From contig JTLS01000079.1 of the NCBI GenBank assembly GCA_000826855.1, positions 1 through 34,023 on the forward strand: DNA of 34,023 nt, given 5' to 3'. This DNA is from Basidioascus undulatus (lineage: Eukaryota). Below, one piece after another: positions 23,997 to 34,023 of this stretch (positions are counted from its first letter, which is position 1; each line of letters opens with the position of its first letter). Both the position numbers and the translations under genes were made by a program. A model generated the notes under the pieces. That model was not told where the DNA came from. It made no database searches and saw only the letters and a program-made list of their open reading frames with translations.

Positions 23997-24022
23997 CCGT
24001 CCCTGTGACCCGTCCCTGTGAC
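23997..24022. repeat. 13-bp perfect tandem duplication (CCGTCCCTGTGAC x2)
   Basis: Seen directly in the sequence. Confidence 0.8.
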
Positions 24023-24064
24023 CCGGAACACAGCCATAGTCGACAAGCGCGACCGTGTGCCCGA

Positions 24065-25530
24065 CATGGCAAGCTGACAGCGGAGCTCGGCGCTCGTCCT
24101 GCCTGCGCTTTGCCAATCACCACGACCCTCCTCCACTACAGCGACCTCTCGAAGAGCCATCGATATGTTAGGAAACTTTCGATGTACTTCCGGTTAAGGT
24201 TCTCAAGGCCATCCTCGGGCACCTTCCTCGCCCTCGCGACCTTCTGGCGCTGTCTCTCACCAGCAAGTTTGTGCGCTCTGTCGTTTACCCACGCCCTTTC
24301 GAGCTTCGATACATCCGGACCCTGCCTCGCGAATTCAATTCTTGGACTATTTCGCTTCCCACCCGGCCATTGCGGCTGAGGTGCGTTCATGCACCGTCAC
24401 GGCCTGGCCGTGCCCGAGCTCGTGCCTGCGGAATGCCGCAATGTCGAGGAAGACAAGCAGGACCTCGAGAAGGCTGAGAGTCCGGAGGACGACGCCGAGG
24501 CTGGAACGAGTGAAATCCAAGAAAGCTGGTCGGAGGACGAGGAGGAGTGGGAAAGGAGGGCCGAGAGGGAGCAGCTCGAACGCCAGCAGTTTGAGAACGG
24601 CGATCCTGTCTGCTCTGAGGCACATGACGGGCCTGCAGCACTTCGTCTGGGACGAGAACTGCAGGACTTCTGACAAGCTCTGGGGGTTGCTGTTGAAGCA
24701 CTGTCCCGAGCTAGTTGGCTTAAATGTGAGCTAACAACCGGTCTGGCCTTGCCTCACTTCTCTTTCGCTGCACCCCTTCTCCCTACCGACACCGCTTCTT
24801 CTCGCTTTCCTCGCCAACCATCCATTTGTTACTCAACTTGAGCTTTATCGGAAGGCGAAGGACCCCTCGACATCTTCTCTTTGCCTGCTTTCTCGCTCCC
24901 GAACCTCGAATCCTTCGTCGGCTCGACTGCGGACGTGATCACCCTTCTTTCTTCCGGGACACGTCCCGCTCCGTGCCCTCAGCGGAGTTTCTTTCAAGAC
25001 CTTCGAAAATGATGATGCCAGGCTTGACAGTTTCCTGGCCGCGCTGCGGGCGGTTGGGCTCCACGTTGAGAAGCTCGAGGTCTGGTGGTGGGACGACCTA
25101 ATGCTGGACATGCTGGCGGAACTGACCAAGGTGGGACGGCCTAATGCTGGATATGCTCGCGGAGCTGACCAAGGCGGCGCCGCGCTTATGGCACCTCAGA
25201 TTTAATCCACAGCCGTATGTTGGACCTGATCTGGTAACGAGAAGTTTTTTCAATGCCCGTTTTGCTTGCCACGCCGACGCCTGCCTATGACATTTGTTTT
25301 GTCTGACTTCACGCAGTCGCCCTGGCATACCGCTCTTTCTGTTCCCCTATCTCGAAATCCTCTTCGGCTCTCCGATACTTCCTCAAACCACAGCGACGGG
25401 CTTGAAGCCATGCTTGCAGAGAATGATGTCGATGTCGGAGTACTTGACACCGGGATCAGGTCTCTGGCAACGCATGCCCGTCGCTGAGGGTGCTCGGCGG
25501 CCGAAACGGCGGAGAGGTGTCTATCTTTGA
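24065..25530 (+). pseudogene. Basidiomycete F-box/RNI-like leucine-rich-repeat protein pseudogene
   Basis: Fragments in shifting frames: LDYFASHPAIAAEVRSCTV, an acidic insert, AILSALRHMTGLQHFVWD, LLKHCPELVGLNV, LPNLESFVGS, VEKLEVWW and AAPRLWHLRF. Multiple frameshifts and stops. Boundaries approximate. Confidence 0.55.
25088..25173. repeat. 43-bp imperfect tandem duplication (4 mismatches)
   Basis: gtgggacgacctaatgctggacatgctggcggaactgaccaag (25088-25130) followed by gtgggacggcctaatgctggatatgctcgcggagctgaccaag (25131-25173). Confidence 0.9.
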
Positions 25531-25994
25531 GAGAGAGGGAGATGGAACGTTGAGAAGCTGGGAAAGTCTCCGCAGGATCTTGTGGGAGTTCAGCGAGGGA
25601 CTTGAGGATGCGCAGTGAGGGTATGAGAAGGACGCTGGTCGATATGCAATGTGTTTTTTGCGCTATTTTTGTTGGACCCCTTCAACCCTGAGTGTAGAAT
25701 CACGCTTGCGCCCCCTCTCTCCAAGCTGCGGTTTTCAGACAGCTCACCGACGCGAGAAGGACGACAAAAAGTAGCAAGCAGGTCGCAAGAAGAGCTTCTT
25801 TGATAGCAAGAGTGTCAAGCGAACTGCCACTTGTCCGCTTGAGACGAACAAGGGGCTTACGACGCAGGCATTGGTCGTGCAACTTACCCTTGTTCTTCTC
25901 TTTCGAATTCGTCCACACCCACCGCAGTAAACCCACTCCCTTGATCACGAGGTTTTACAACTAGTCTCTAAAACACAGCGCAGGTCTGCAGATC

Positions 25995-27432
25995 ATGTCC
26001 CTGAACGCTGTCGCGGGGGAGAGCGAGAGGCCCAGCGCGGCCACAACGGATTTGGTCCAGTCTCCTCAGAGGACAAGCCCTCCAAGCTACGAAACCAGGG
26101 GTCGTACGGCGACGATTGAGGGTGAGGATCCCGAGCGGCTTGTGACGGATGATTGTGAGTGAACACTTCAGCTCCACCGTTTCTTTCTCCAGCGCTCACG
26201 AACTCGCATCATCTTGAAGCTCCGGCAAGCTTCAATTGGTACAAGGGCGCTCTTCTCCACGATGGCCCCTTTGGAAGGGTCTATCTCGGCACGAATGCGA
26301 CTACAGGCGACCTTGTGGCGGTTCGCGAGCTTAAGCTTCCTGTCGTCTCGTCGAGGGCCGGGCAGGCCGGGCGCAACTTTTCTGCAAGACTGGCGTCCGA
26401 AGTCGATATCCTCAAAAACATGAAGCACCAGAATATCGTGCAGTTCATTGGTGCGTATTCTTGAGCTTTTCGTTATCGCCGTGAAGGATGGTTACTGATA
26501 TTGCTCAGGAGCAGCTGCACAATCGTCGGCAGAAGACGACTGCTCTTACCTCTTCTTCGAGGTACGCACCGCGACAACCCGAAACTTACCCCACATCGCT
26601 CATCTGCTCCATATTTCAAGTATCCTGCTGGGGGACCTGTAGCTTCGCTGCTGAGTAACTATGGCCTTTTCGAGCGCGAGCTCGCGCGCAACGTTGTGCA
26701 ACAGGTCCTCTCCGGACTCGCGTATCTGCACGAATGTTCCCTTGTGCACGGAGACATAAGGGGTGCAAATATCTTCCTTGATAACAGGGGCCAGGCCAAG
26801 GTCTTCTACTCTGGCAAGGTGTTCGAGGAACCCCAGGAGGGCACCGACGACGCCCCGGTGGGGCAGAGCGTGCAGCACTCGGTGTTTTGGACGGCGCCTG
26901 AGGTCGGCCTCATCTACACGAGTGATTCACATATAAATTTGGCTAAAACCTTTGGCGGGAATGATGGCCGGGTAGACTCTCGAGAACGGAATGTACACCG
27001 CGAAGACCGACATTTGGAGGCTGGGTTGCGTGCGTATTTCCGTCCTCTTCTTCTGTAGAATTGAACCACTAACTTTGGTCATAACTGGAAGTTTTTCATT
27101 GAGATGATATCCGGACAGCACCCCTACGTATGCTCCAGAGCTTCGTTCGATGCGCGGACCCAGTCTCACGTCGAAGCTGTTCTTGACAGCCCTCCCTCAC
27201 CGCGGACGAAGTCATAGACGAGGTTCACCTTCCGCTCTGATGACATGAAATAATCTGAGAAATGGTGTTTAATTGGGGCTACCTACAGATGAGGTCGTCT
27301 CGGTCACCCGCCGTGCCCGGCGATGTTGACGAAGAGGCCAGCGACTTCGTTGCGCTCACTTCCAAGACCGACCCTGCAGAGCGTCCTACCGCCGCGCAGC
27401 TCTTGCAGCACCCGTTTGTCAGAAAAATTTAA
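25995..27432 (+). CDS. STE11/BCK1 (MAPKKK)-like kinase-fold protein, predicted pseudokinase, 8 exons
   Basis: Exons 25995-26154, 26219-26450, 26509-26561, 26621-26902, 26976-27029, 27092-27127, 27190-27222, 27289-27432 splice into one open frame: WYKGALLHDGPFGRVYLG..VAVRELKLP..EVDILKNMKHQNIVQFIG..LFFEYPAGG..GLAYLH..HGDIRGANIF..SVFWTAPE..YTAKTDIWRLGC..EMISGQHPY..DPAERPTAAQLLQHPF. Confidence 0.85.
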
Positions 27433-27934
27433 TTTAATATTTTCTAAGAGTGAGCCCATTCCTCGCACCTCTAGTCGCCATCTGACTTGGCCTGATTGCC
27501 GCAGGGCTGGCGGAAGACGGCTGACTGTCCTTCGTTGCGCCGTGACACTCTTCATGATTTGATCAATTTCGCATGATCAGCAGGTTGGACGCTTTGGACT
27601 CTCATGACAACATCTTTCAGTTGCTCTGGGTGGCAGGAACGGACACTGTGGATGTCGCAACGCTGTAAGAACCCCGCTTGCTCCACGAAGGCCTAGCGAC
27701 TCTGCTGAGGGGAAGTGAACGTTTGTCTCCGCAACAAAGAGTGGCAATTACTCCTGGCATGAGAAGCGCCTAGATAATACACCAAAGACATGAACCTGTC
27801 GAAATTCAGCACGGCAACACATGCCAAGGGCTGGGATCCGAGATGGGACTGTCCGCCTGCCGTTCGACCATGCAGACAGCCCTTCCGCAAGCATCTGCGA
27901 CATATAAGCACAAATGTGACGAAGCCATAAATGT

Positions 27935-29565
27935 TCATGTGCTCTTCGCCTGCTCCATCCTTCTTAAAGCCTCCTTCGCTTCGCGGACGCCTTCCCGCAA
28001 CCCGACCTTCTGGCTCTCCTCGATCGACCTGTGATAGTTGCTCTTCGCCTCCTTTGGGTTCTCCAGCATCTGTATCCAGCATCCAGATCAGCAGAAACCC
28101 CCCAAAGTGTGAGCGAACGGGCCTAGCGCACCTCATGCAAGACGCCGAGGTTGAACAAGCCCGCAGCGAGCGTCTGGCCGCACAGGATGGACGCGGAGTC
28201 CTCGGGCGCGGACGGCGTCGGCGACCCGGCAGCGGCGGAGGTCACGTCGACTGACTTGTCGGCCCAGGTCAAGGCGGTGCGGAGGTTCGCGGTGGAGGGG
28301 TGGCTCGTCAGGATTTGGGAGAGGTTGTTCATCAGGAGACCGGCTGCGCGCGACCACCGTATAAGCTTCGCTCAGATAAGGGATGCATGAACGCAGGTTT
28401 ACCTCGGCACTTCTCGTCCTTTGTGGGTTCACGCGTTCGGCTCTCGGGCGGGGGCATGAGGAGCGTGAGCGCTTGGATGTAGAGCGGCACCGCATCCCTG
28501 AAATTGCAGATGAGATTTGAGTTCGGGGAAAGGCATAGGGCCACGAAAAAGAGTGCTACTTACTGTGCTCGGCCTTGCCTGGCGTATACAGCACCCAAAG
28601 CCTCGAGCGCCGCGCCCAGATCCGTCCGCGTTATCCACTTCGGCAGCTGCAGCTCGTGCACCAGCAGGTTCTCGCCCTCCTCGCCCTTGATCTTGCGGCC
28701 CGCAAGCGCCATTTTGAGCATCTCCTCGACGCCCCACTCGAGGTACTTCTCCGCGACGTCGTCCGACACCACGCGCAGCGCGAGGTCGCCCATCTTCTGA
28801 CTCATCGCCACCGCGCGCATCCGCTCGGCGGGCAGGAGCTCATCCTCCCGCAGGGACACGATGGAGGACAGCGCGGGCTCGAGCACGCGCAGGGCTGCGG
28901 CGGGACGCCCGGCAGACTCGAGCATCGTGGCGAGCGAGACGGAGATGCCAGTGAGGGCGAGGAGGGGAGTGGGTTTCAAAGTTTCGGGAGGGAGAGTCTG
29001 AGCGGTTTCCAGAGCTCTATCGACGCCGAGCAACATGTCAATGGACTGTCGACCCATGTCAACAGCAACGGACGCACTTTCGGAACAGGTCTTCCGACTT
29101 GACGTAGTCGCCCGAGTTGCGACATTTGATTGCGAGACGAAGGTCATCGCGGACCTCCTTGGGCCAGGTAGTGAAGCTGGAGTAAAACTCGAGGCTGACA
29201 GGGTTATGTTGGTGTCAAATGGAAGGTTAACTGCGATCGAAAGAGTCAAGCGACGCACATGCTGTAGATCGTCACGCCCAAACCAGCACAAACGAGCAAG
29301 CTGAGGAGGTGCCCTAACCACAGATCCCTGGATTAACAGAACGCCACAGAAAATACATTGTGATAGGCCTCCAACCTTGTCGCAGTCCACCTTGCTTGCC
29401 CTGCTTCCCTTCAGCCTGAGTGGAAGAATACTGAGCGAAGGAAGACGGGGCGCTAGGCGCGATCGACACGGGAGCTGCCCTCGAGAGAGCGCGAGGCGCG
29501 GCCGCTCTAGGCGTAGCGCAAGTTAATGATCGATATGGGCGCGTTAGGGCTTTGGACAATTGCAT
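27935..29565 (-). CDS. Mitochondrial TPR-like inner-membrane protein, Mgr3-like (i-AAA protease adaptor family)
   Basis: Arg/Ser/Ala-rich presequence MQLSKALTRPYRSLTCATPRAAAPR, then a spliced TM segment ITILLVCAGLGVTIYSILEFYSSFTTWPKEVRDDLR. Helical repeats follow (LGAALEALGAVYARQG, AVPLYIQAL, GLFNLGVLHE), ending EAKEALRRMEQAKST*. Family assignment is from recall. Confidence 0.65.
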
Positions 29566-29752
29566 AATGTTGGGGTGGATGATGAAGGTGAAGGAGAAGA
29601 CGCTCCGAATCGGGGTACGCATCCCGCTTTCGGCGCTGTTGCCCAGTATGAAACCCCCAACATCGGCGAATTTCGCTGCAGCCTATCTTGCCAAACTATT
29701 TCCAGCTTCTTACCTTCCTCTACTCCTCCCCTCCCCCGGAACTAATATAGAC
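29566..29752. promoter_or_regulatory. Compact bidirectional promoter region between the Mgr3-like and Mak32-like genes
   Basis: Divergent ATGs are only 187 bp apart, with a pyrimidine-rich leader on each strand. Confidence 0.5.
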
Positions 29753-31260
29753 ATGGCAGACTCAAACACCACTGACCGGAAAGGTGCACTAGGATATTCA
29801 GCTTTCATTCTAATCAAGTGGACTACGCTGACATGCCTAAGTGATGCTCATCTTTCGTCGCTCAAACTCGATTTCGCTATCTCGATCATTCATATGCAGC
29901 CCTCGTCACGTTGGGGATGTTCATTATTGACCAGTTCGTCTGGGAAGATGAGCACGGTAATCATACCGGTCGGGAAAGCATCGAGCAGGTGCGTCTATGT
30001 GCTCTCAGAGCCATTCGGAAGGTCACTGACATCGCATGCTTCACAGATAGGCGGTGGCGGAACCTACGGTAAGCACAACGCAATATGCGAGGCGTACTCG
30101 TAGCTGAAGGTTTTGTGCGCTACAGCCATTATAGGTGCCCGGATATGGCTGCCTCCCTCAGACCTGGGCATGATCGTCGACCGAGGGCACGACTTCCCCT
30201 CCTCGATCCTCTCCTCCCTGAACGCCTTCTCCTCCCCTTCCCCCTCCTCCTCTTCCTCCCTCTTCCACTACCGCGACGACCCCATGCGGAGCACCACGCG
30301 CGGCCTGAACCTGTACAAGGGCGAGCTGCGCGGGTTCGAGTACCTCAACCCGCGCGTGCGCATCTCGCCCGCGGGGCTGCCCCGCGCCTTCGCGCGCCCG
30401 CGCTGGCTCCACTCTATCTGCGGGCCCGCGCGCTTCCGAGAGGTGCAGCGTGAGCTGCGCGAGCTCGGCTGGGCGGGGGACGTCAGGCACGTGTATGAGC
30501 CGATTCCGGGGCTTTGCAACCCGGGGGAAATGCCTGCGCTAAGGGAGGCGCTGAAGGAGGGGGTGGACGTTCTATCGTGCGTCTGCGCCTTCAATCCTCT
30601 CTTCTTTCATGTGCTTCAAATGCTGAAGTGACTTGAAACGGGATGCGCAACAGCCCAAACCACTCGGAAGCAGCCGAGTTCATGGGCCTCCCCGAGCCGA
30701 ACAGCCGCGAGGGGGTGGAAGACCTCGTCCGCCGCTTCCACAAGGCGGGCGCGAGAGGGCTCGTGATTCGCTCCGGGGCGATGGGTGCTGCTGTATCGGA
30801 CGGCGGGGAGCTCGGCGTGCGCTGGGTGCAGGCGTACCATACGGATCCGGCGAAGGTGGTGGATGTCACGGGTAGGTGGTACTTCTGCGTGTTCGAGGAA
30901 GGTGTCAAGGGCAGCTGAGTGAAAGTGCTGATTCTCTGCCGATGCGTACCACAGGCGCAGGAAACGCCTTCCTAGGCGGTCTCGCAGCCGGACTGGAGCT
31001 GACGAACGGGGACTTGTACGAGGGTGCGCCGTTCTCTCTCCCTTCTCTTCAGCCCCTTTCTTTAGAGCTTCGAGCAGCTAGCTGACATTCGAGGATGTCG
31101 ATCTACAGCTGCCCTCTACGCCTCCGTCTCCGCCTCGTACACGATCGAGCAGATGGGTCTGCCTTCCGTTTCCGTTGGGGCAGACGGCGTCGAGCGGTGG
31201 AACCGATCCGACACGCCTGCGGAGAGGCTGGAGGCGCTGAGGAAGCGGCAGGCGGCGTAG
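29753..31260 (+). CDS. PfkB/ribokinase-superfamily protein, Mak32-like
   Basis: Spliced LVTLGMFIIDQF...IGGGGTYAIIGARIWLP...GMIVDRGHDFP...RGFEYLNPRVRI...VYEPIP...VDVLSPNHSEA...VIRSGAMGA...VVDVTGAGNAFLGGLAAGL...ASVSASYTIEQMGLP, stop at 31258-31260. Confidence 0.85.
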
Positions 31261-31596
31261 AAAGGGGACGATGGACACGGATCGGATGGAGCGCGCTCAG
31301 GCCTTCATTACATCAGCATATTATAGAAGCACACGGATCACGAATTATTGTGGAGCTTTGGAGTGTGATGCGTGCGTAGGAGTACGAGCACGAAGAGGCG
31401 CTTCATCTAAAAGCTGCGCTGCACATACTGAACGTTCCTCGCTTCCTCTTTTTCCAAGCCAACGACGGCGACGGAACCCAGACACACACTCCAAAGTAGA
31501 GATCAAAATGACTGCGCCGAACTCGTCCTCCTACAAGCACACTTGCCCACACCCGCTGAACACTGTCTTTCCCCGCACTCTCCTCAATCCCCTGAT

Positions 31597-32700
31597 TCAA
31601 TCCAACGTTGCATCCTCGCTCGCCTCCCCCACCCGTCTCCGCGCGCCCTCGGCCGCCTCGCCGCCGGCGGGCGTGTCCTGCCCCGAGGCGGACACGCTCG
31701 CGGGCTCGCCGGCCTCGTCCTTGGAGCGCTTCTTCTTGCCGCCCTTCTTCTTCGGGACGTCCCACTCCCAGAGGGGGATGAAGGACTCGACCTGCGGGAT
31801 GGAGGGTGGGTGTCAGGCGGGGCGGGGGAGGAGGGAGAATGAAAGAGGACGCACGAAGCCGACATCGTCGAACAGCTTGGGAAAAATCCAGATCCCGGGG
31901 CTGGCGACGAACATAGTGATGATGTAGAAGATGAGGCGGACGACGGCGATGGCGAAGAAGAGGCCGATGAGCCCCAGCACGCCGATGGAGAGGTACCACA
32001 CGCCGATGCGGAGCGTCGCGGGCCAGAGGGGGAACATGACCCCCGCGAGGACGACGGCGACGAGGGCGGCCGCGCCGAGGTACGCCTTGAGCTGCGACCC
32101 CGCGTACAGCCACACGTAGTAGTGGTCCGGGTGGAACAGTTGCTGCGGCGTGATCTGCAGCGCCTTTGGAGAGCCCGCGCCCCCGATGGCGTTGCCCCGC
32201 TCCACACGCAGGTAGAACGCGAAGGGGATGATCAAGTGCAGGAGCTTGAGCGCGTCGGACTCGGTCGTCACGGGCGGGACGGAGCGCAGCTTCAGGTAGG
32301 CGGGCGAGAGGAGCGCTTTGACGGCGGAGCGGCCTACGGGGGAGGAGAGGGGTATCAGCGTGCGTTGGGGAGTGGCGGTTGCAGTCGAGGTATCGTTCTT
32401 GACATGCCAGTCACCGACTAAACACCCCACCACATCTCCCCGCCATACCTCTCCCTCCACACCCAGCACCGGCCCAGCTCCGCCAGCGCCCGCTCAGACT
32501 CACCCTTGAAGTATTCCACCCGCTTCCCATTCAGCGCGCCCTTCCTGATCTTCATTCCCGACTTCTCCCGCAGAAAGTCCACGACGAGCTTGAGGTCCGC
32601 GGGGATCTGCGTTCCGACCCACCCAGCGCTCCTATTCAGCTCCCCTTCCAGTCCACAGGAAATAGGAAAGGCAAGGACGGACCTTCTTTTGTTGCTCCAT
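31597..32700 (-). CDS. SEC62: ER translocation protein Sec62
   Basis: Four exons: MEQQKK|IPADLKLVVDFLREKSGMKIRKGALNGKRVEYFKG|RSAVKALLSPAY...YYVWLY...LAGVMFPLWPATLRIGVWYLSIG...VRLIFYIIT...PGIWIFPKLFDDVGF|VESFIPLWEWD-KKK...ATLD*. Confidence 0.95.
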
Positions 32701-33380
32701 TTCGCCAGTGAGAGAGAGTGGGGAGATGAGAAGAGGAGGAGGAGAAAGAGCAAGCAGTTGCTGGCGAGCGGAAAAGCCGGGACGCGAGCTTGCCAAGTTA
32801 CAGCGTGGCGGTCGCGCGATTCCGTGTCGTTGTGAGTCGTGACTGCGCGGGTGTTTTCGCAAACAGCGGCAGGAGGAAGGGTTTCGCACAGCTTTTTTGG
32901 TTGTGCTGACTGATTGAAGGGGCTTTACTTTGAAGAAGTTGAAAGGGAGAAAGGGGGCACAGAGGCTCGAGTCCCAGTGACAGGACAGGCAGACAGGCAG
33001 ACTTCTGTCCAGCTTGACAGCCATTGTACGCCGCCCCACGTTTGGACGCCCAGGGAAACGCTTGCAATCATGGAAGAAGTCCGTCACATTTCTTTATTCG
33101 TGAAGAATATGCAAGTTGATGGCCAAGTAGGACGTTGCAATTTGCAACGCTGCACTGTGCAGGGGGGTACTGCCCATCCGTGGGACAACCTCGCGTCTCC
33201 CGGCCATGTCTAGTCCCAAGCAGGCGCTCTTGCTCGCCCCAATCAGAACTCCCAACCGCCCAGGGCGTGATATCAAGCCTCGCCCACTCAGCCCAGCCAA
33301 TTGCAGCCCCTCTTCCACTCCCTGCGCCCTACCCCTGCGCGCTAATTCAATAAAGCACACAACCGAGCGATCCACGAAGG

Positions 33381-33994
33381 ATGGATCACCACAACCACCA
33401 CAACTACCACAACCACAACCCTCCCCCGACCTCGTCCTCCTCCGTCGCGGCTACACCCGGCCACCACCCATTTGAGACGCTCTCGCCGGAGGACATCTAC
33501 GCTGTGTACGGCGCTCAGGCTTCACGGAGCGGCACGCACAACCAGTCATATGCAGGGCTGCCGGTGGTCGGGTTCGGGGCGGGCGCGGACGGGTCGGGCT
33601 GTGAGTCCTTTTTTCCACGACAGTTTCCTTGTGTTTGTTTTTTTTATTTCGCAACTTATGATCGCTTTGTGCATACGCAATTACAGTCTCCTTCTCTCCC
33701 CACCCCGCGCCAAACCTCTCCCAGCTTCTAAGCGGGCACGCCTCGCTTGCATCCTCACACCCAGGCTCGCCGTCGTCCGAGTCCCCCTTCCCCCCGCCCG
33801 CAGACTTCGCCTCTCTCGCCGCCGGCGCGCCCGGGTCGTCCCCCGCGAGCATGCGCTCGCCGAAGCGTAGGCGGACAGGGTCGGTCGAGGAGGTGTTTGA
33901 TCTGGGCCAGTTCGACGTCGCCCAGCCCGAGGCGTTCGAGGCCGAGTACCCGTCGCGCCCGCTGCGCCCGAAGCGTCCAAGCCCGAGACCGTAG
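33381..33994 (+). CDS. Unknown low-complexity His/Ser/Pro-rich protein with NLS-like PKRRR (possibly truncated 5' part of a longer gene)
   Basis: ATG 33381, intron 33601-33686 (GTGAGT...TACAG). The second exon is open to TAG at 33992-33994. Confidence 0.55.
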
Positions 33995-34023
33995 TCGCAT
34001 GAGCGACGTGCGACGTTCCCCAA

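Noticed and set aside
1..34023. CRISPR array, prokaryotic operon or biosynthetic gene cluster
   Set aside because: No regularly spaced repeats, the genes are spliceosomal-intron eukaryotic genes, and there is no PKS/NRPS/terpene core or shared pathway among neighbours.

Overview
This is eukaryotic, intron-rich, GC-rich fungal DNA, most likely basidiomycete: short introns with GTGCGT/GTACGT/GTGAGT donors, CTGAC/CTAAC branch points and YAG acceptors. The first 13 nt look like an Illumina adapter remnant. Manual splicing gives intact genes for a WW-domain Gly/Pro/Tyr-rich protein (Wwm1-like), a YwrD/LmbA-type gamma-glutamyltranspeptidase, a cutinase-family esterase, ribosomal protein eL13, an intron-containing tRNA-Pro(CGG), a STE11/BCK1-like kinase-fold protein, an Mgr3-like mitochondrial protein, a Mak32-like PfkB protein and Sec62, plus the 5' part of an unknown gene at the right end. 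Several disabled genes lie between them (TPR/DUF4470-like, RNI/LRR-like, a membrane protein). The most notable observation is a cleanly spliced, fully open MAPKKK-derived pseudokinase lacking the VAxK lysine and the DFG motif. Others are a GYSKG cutinase with a 7-nt microexon and a GC-AG intron, an RPL13 stop codon split by an intron, and a 43-bp duplication whose copies differ mostly at synonymous sites. I found no clearly new multi-gene system. All family calls come from motif recognition by eye, not database searches.
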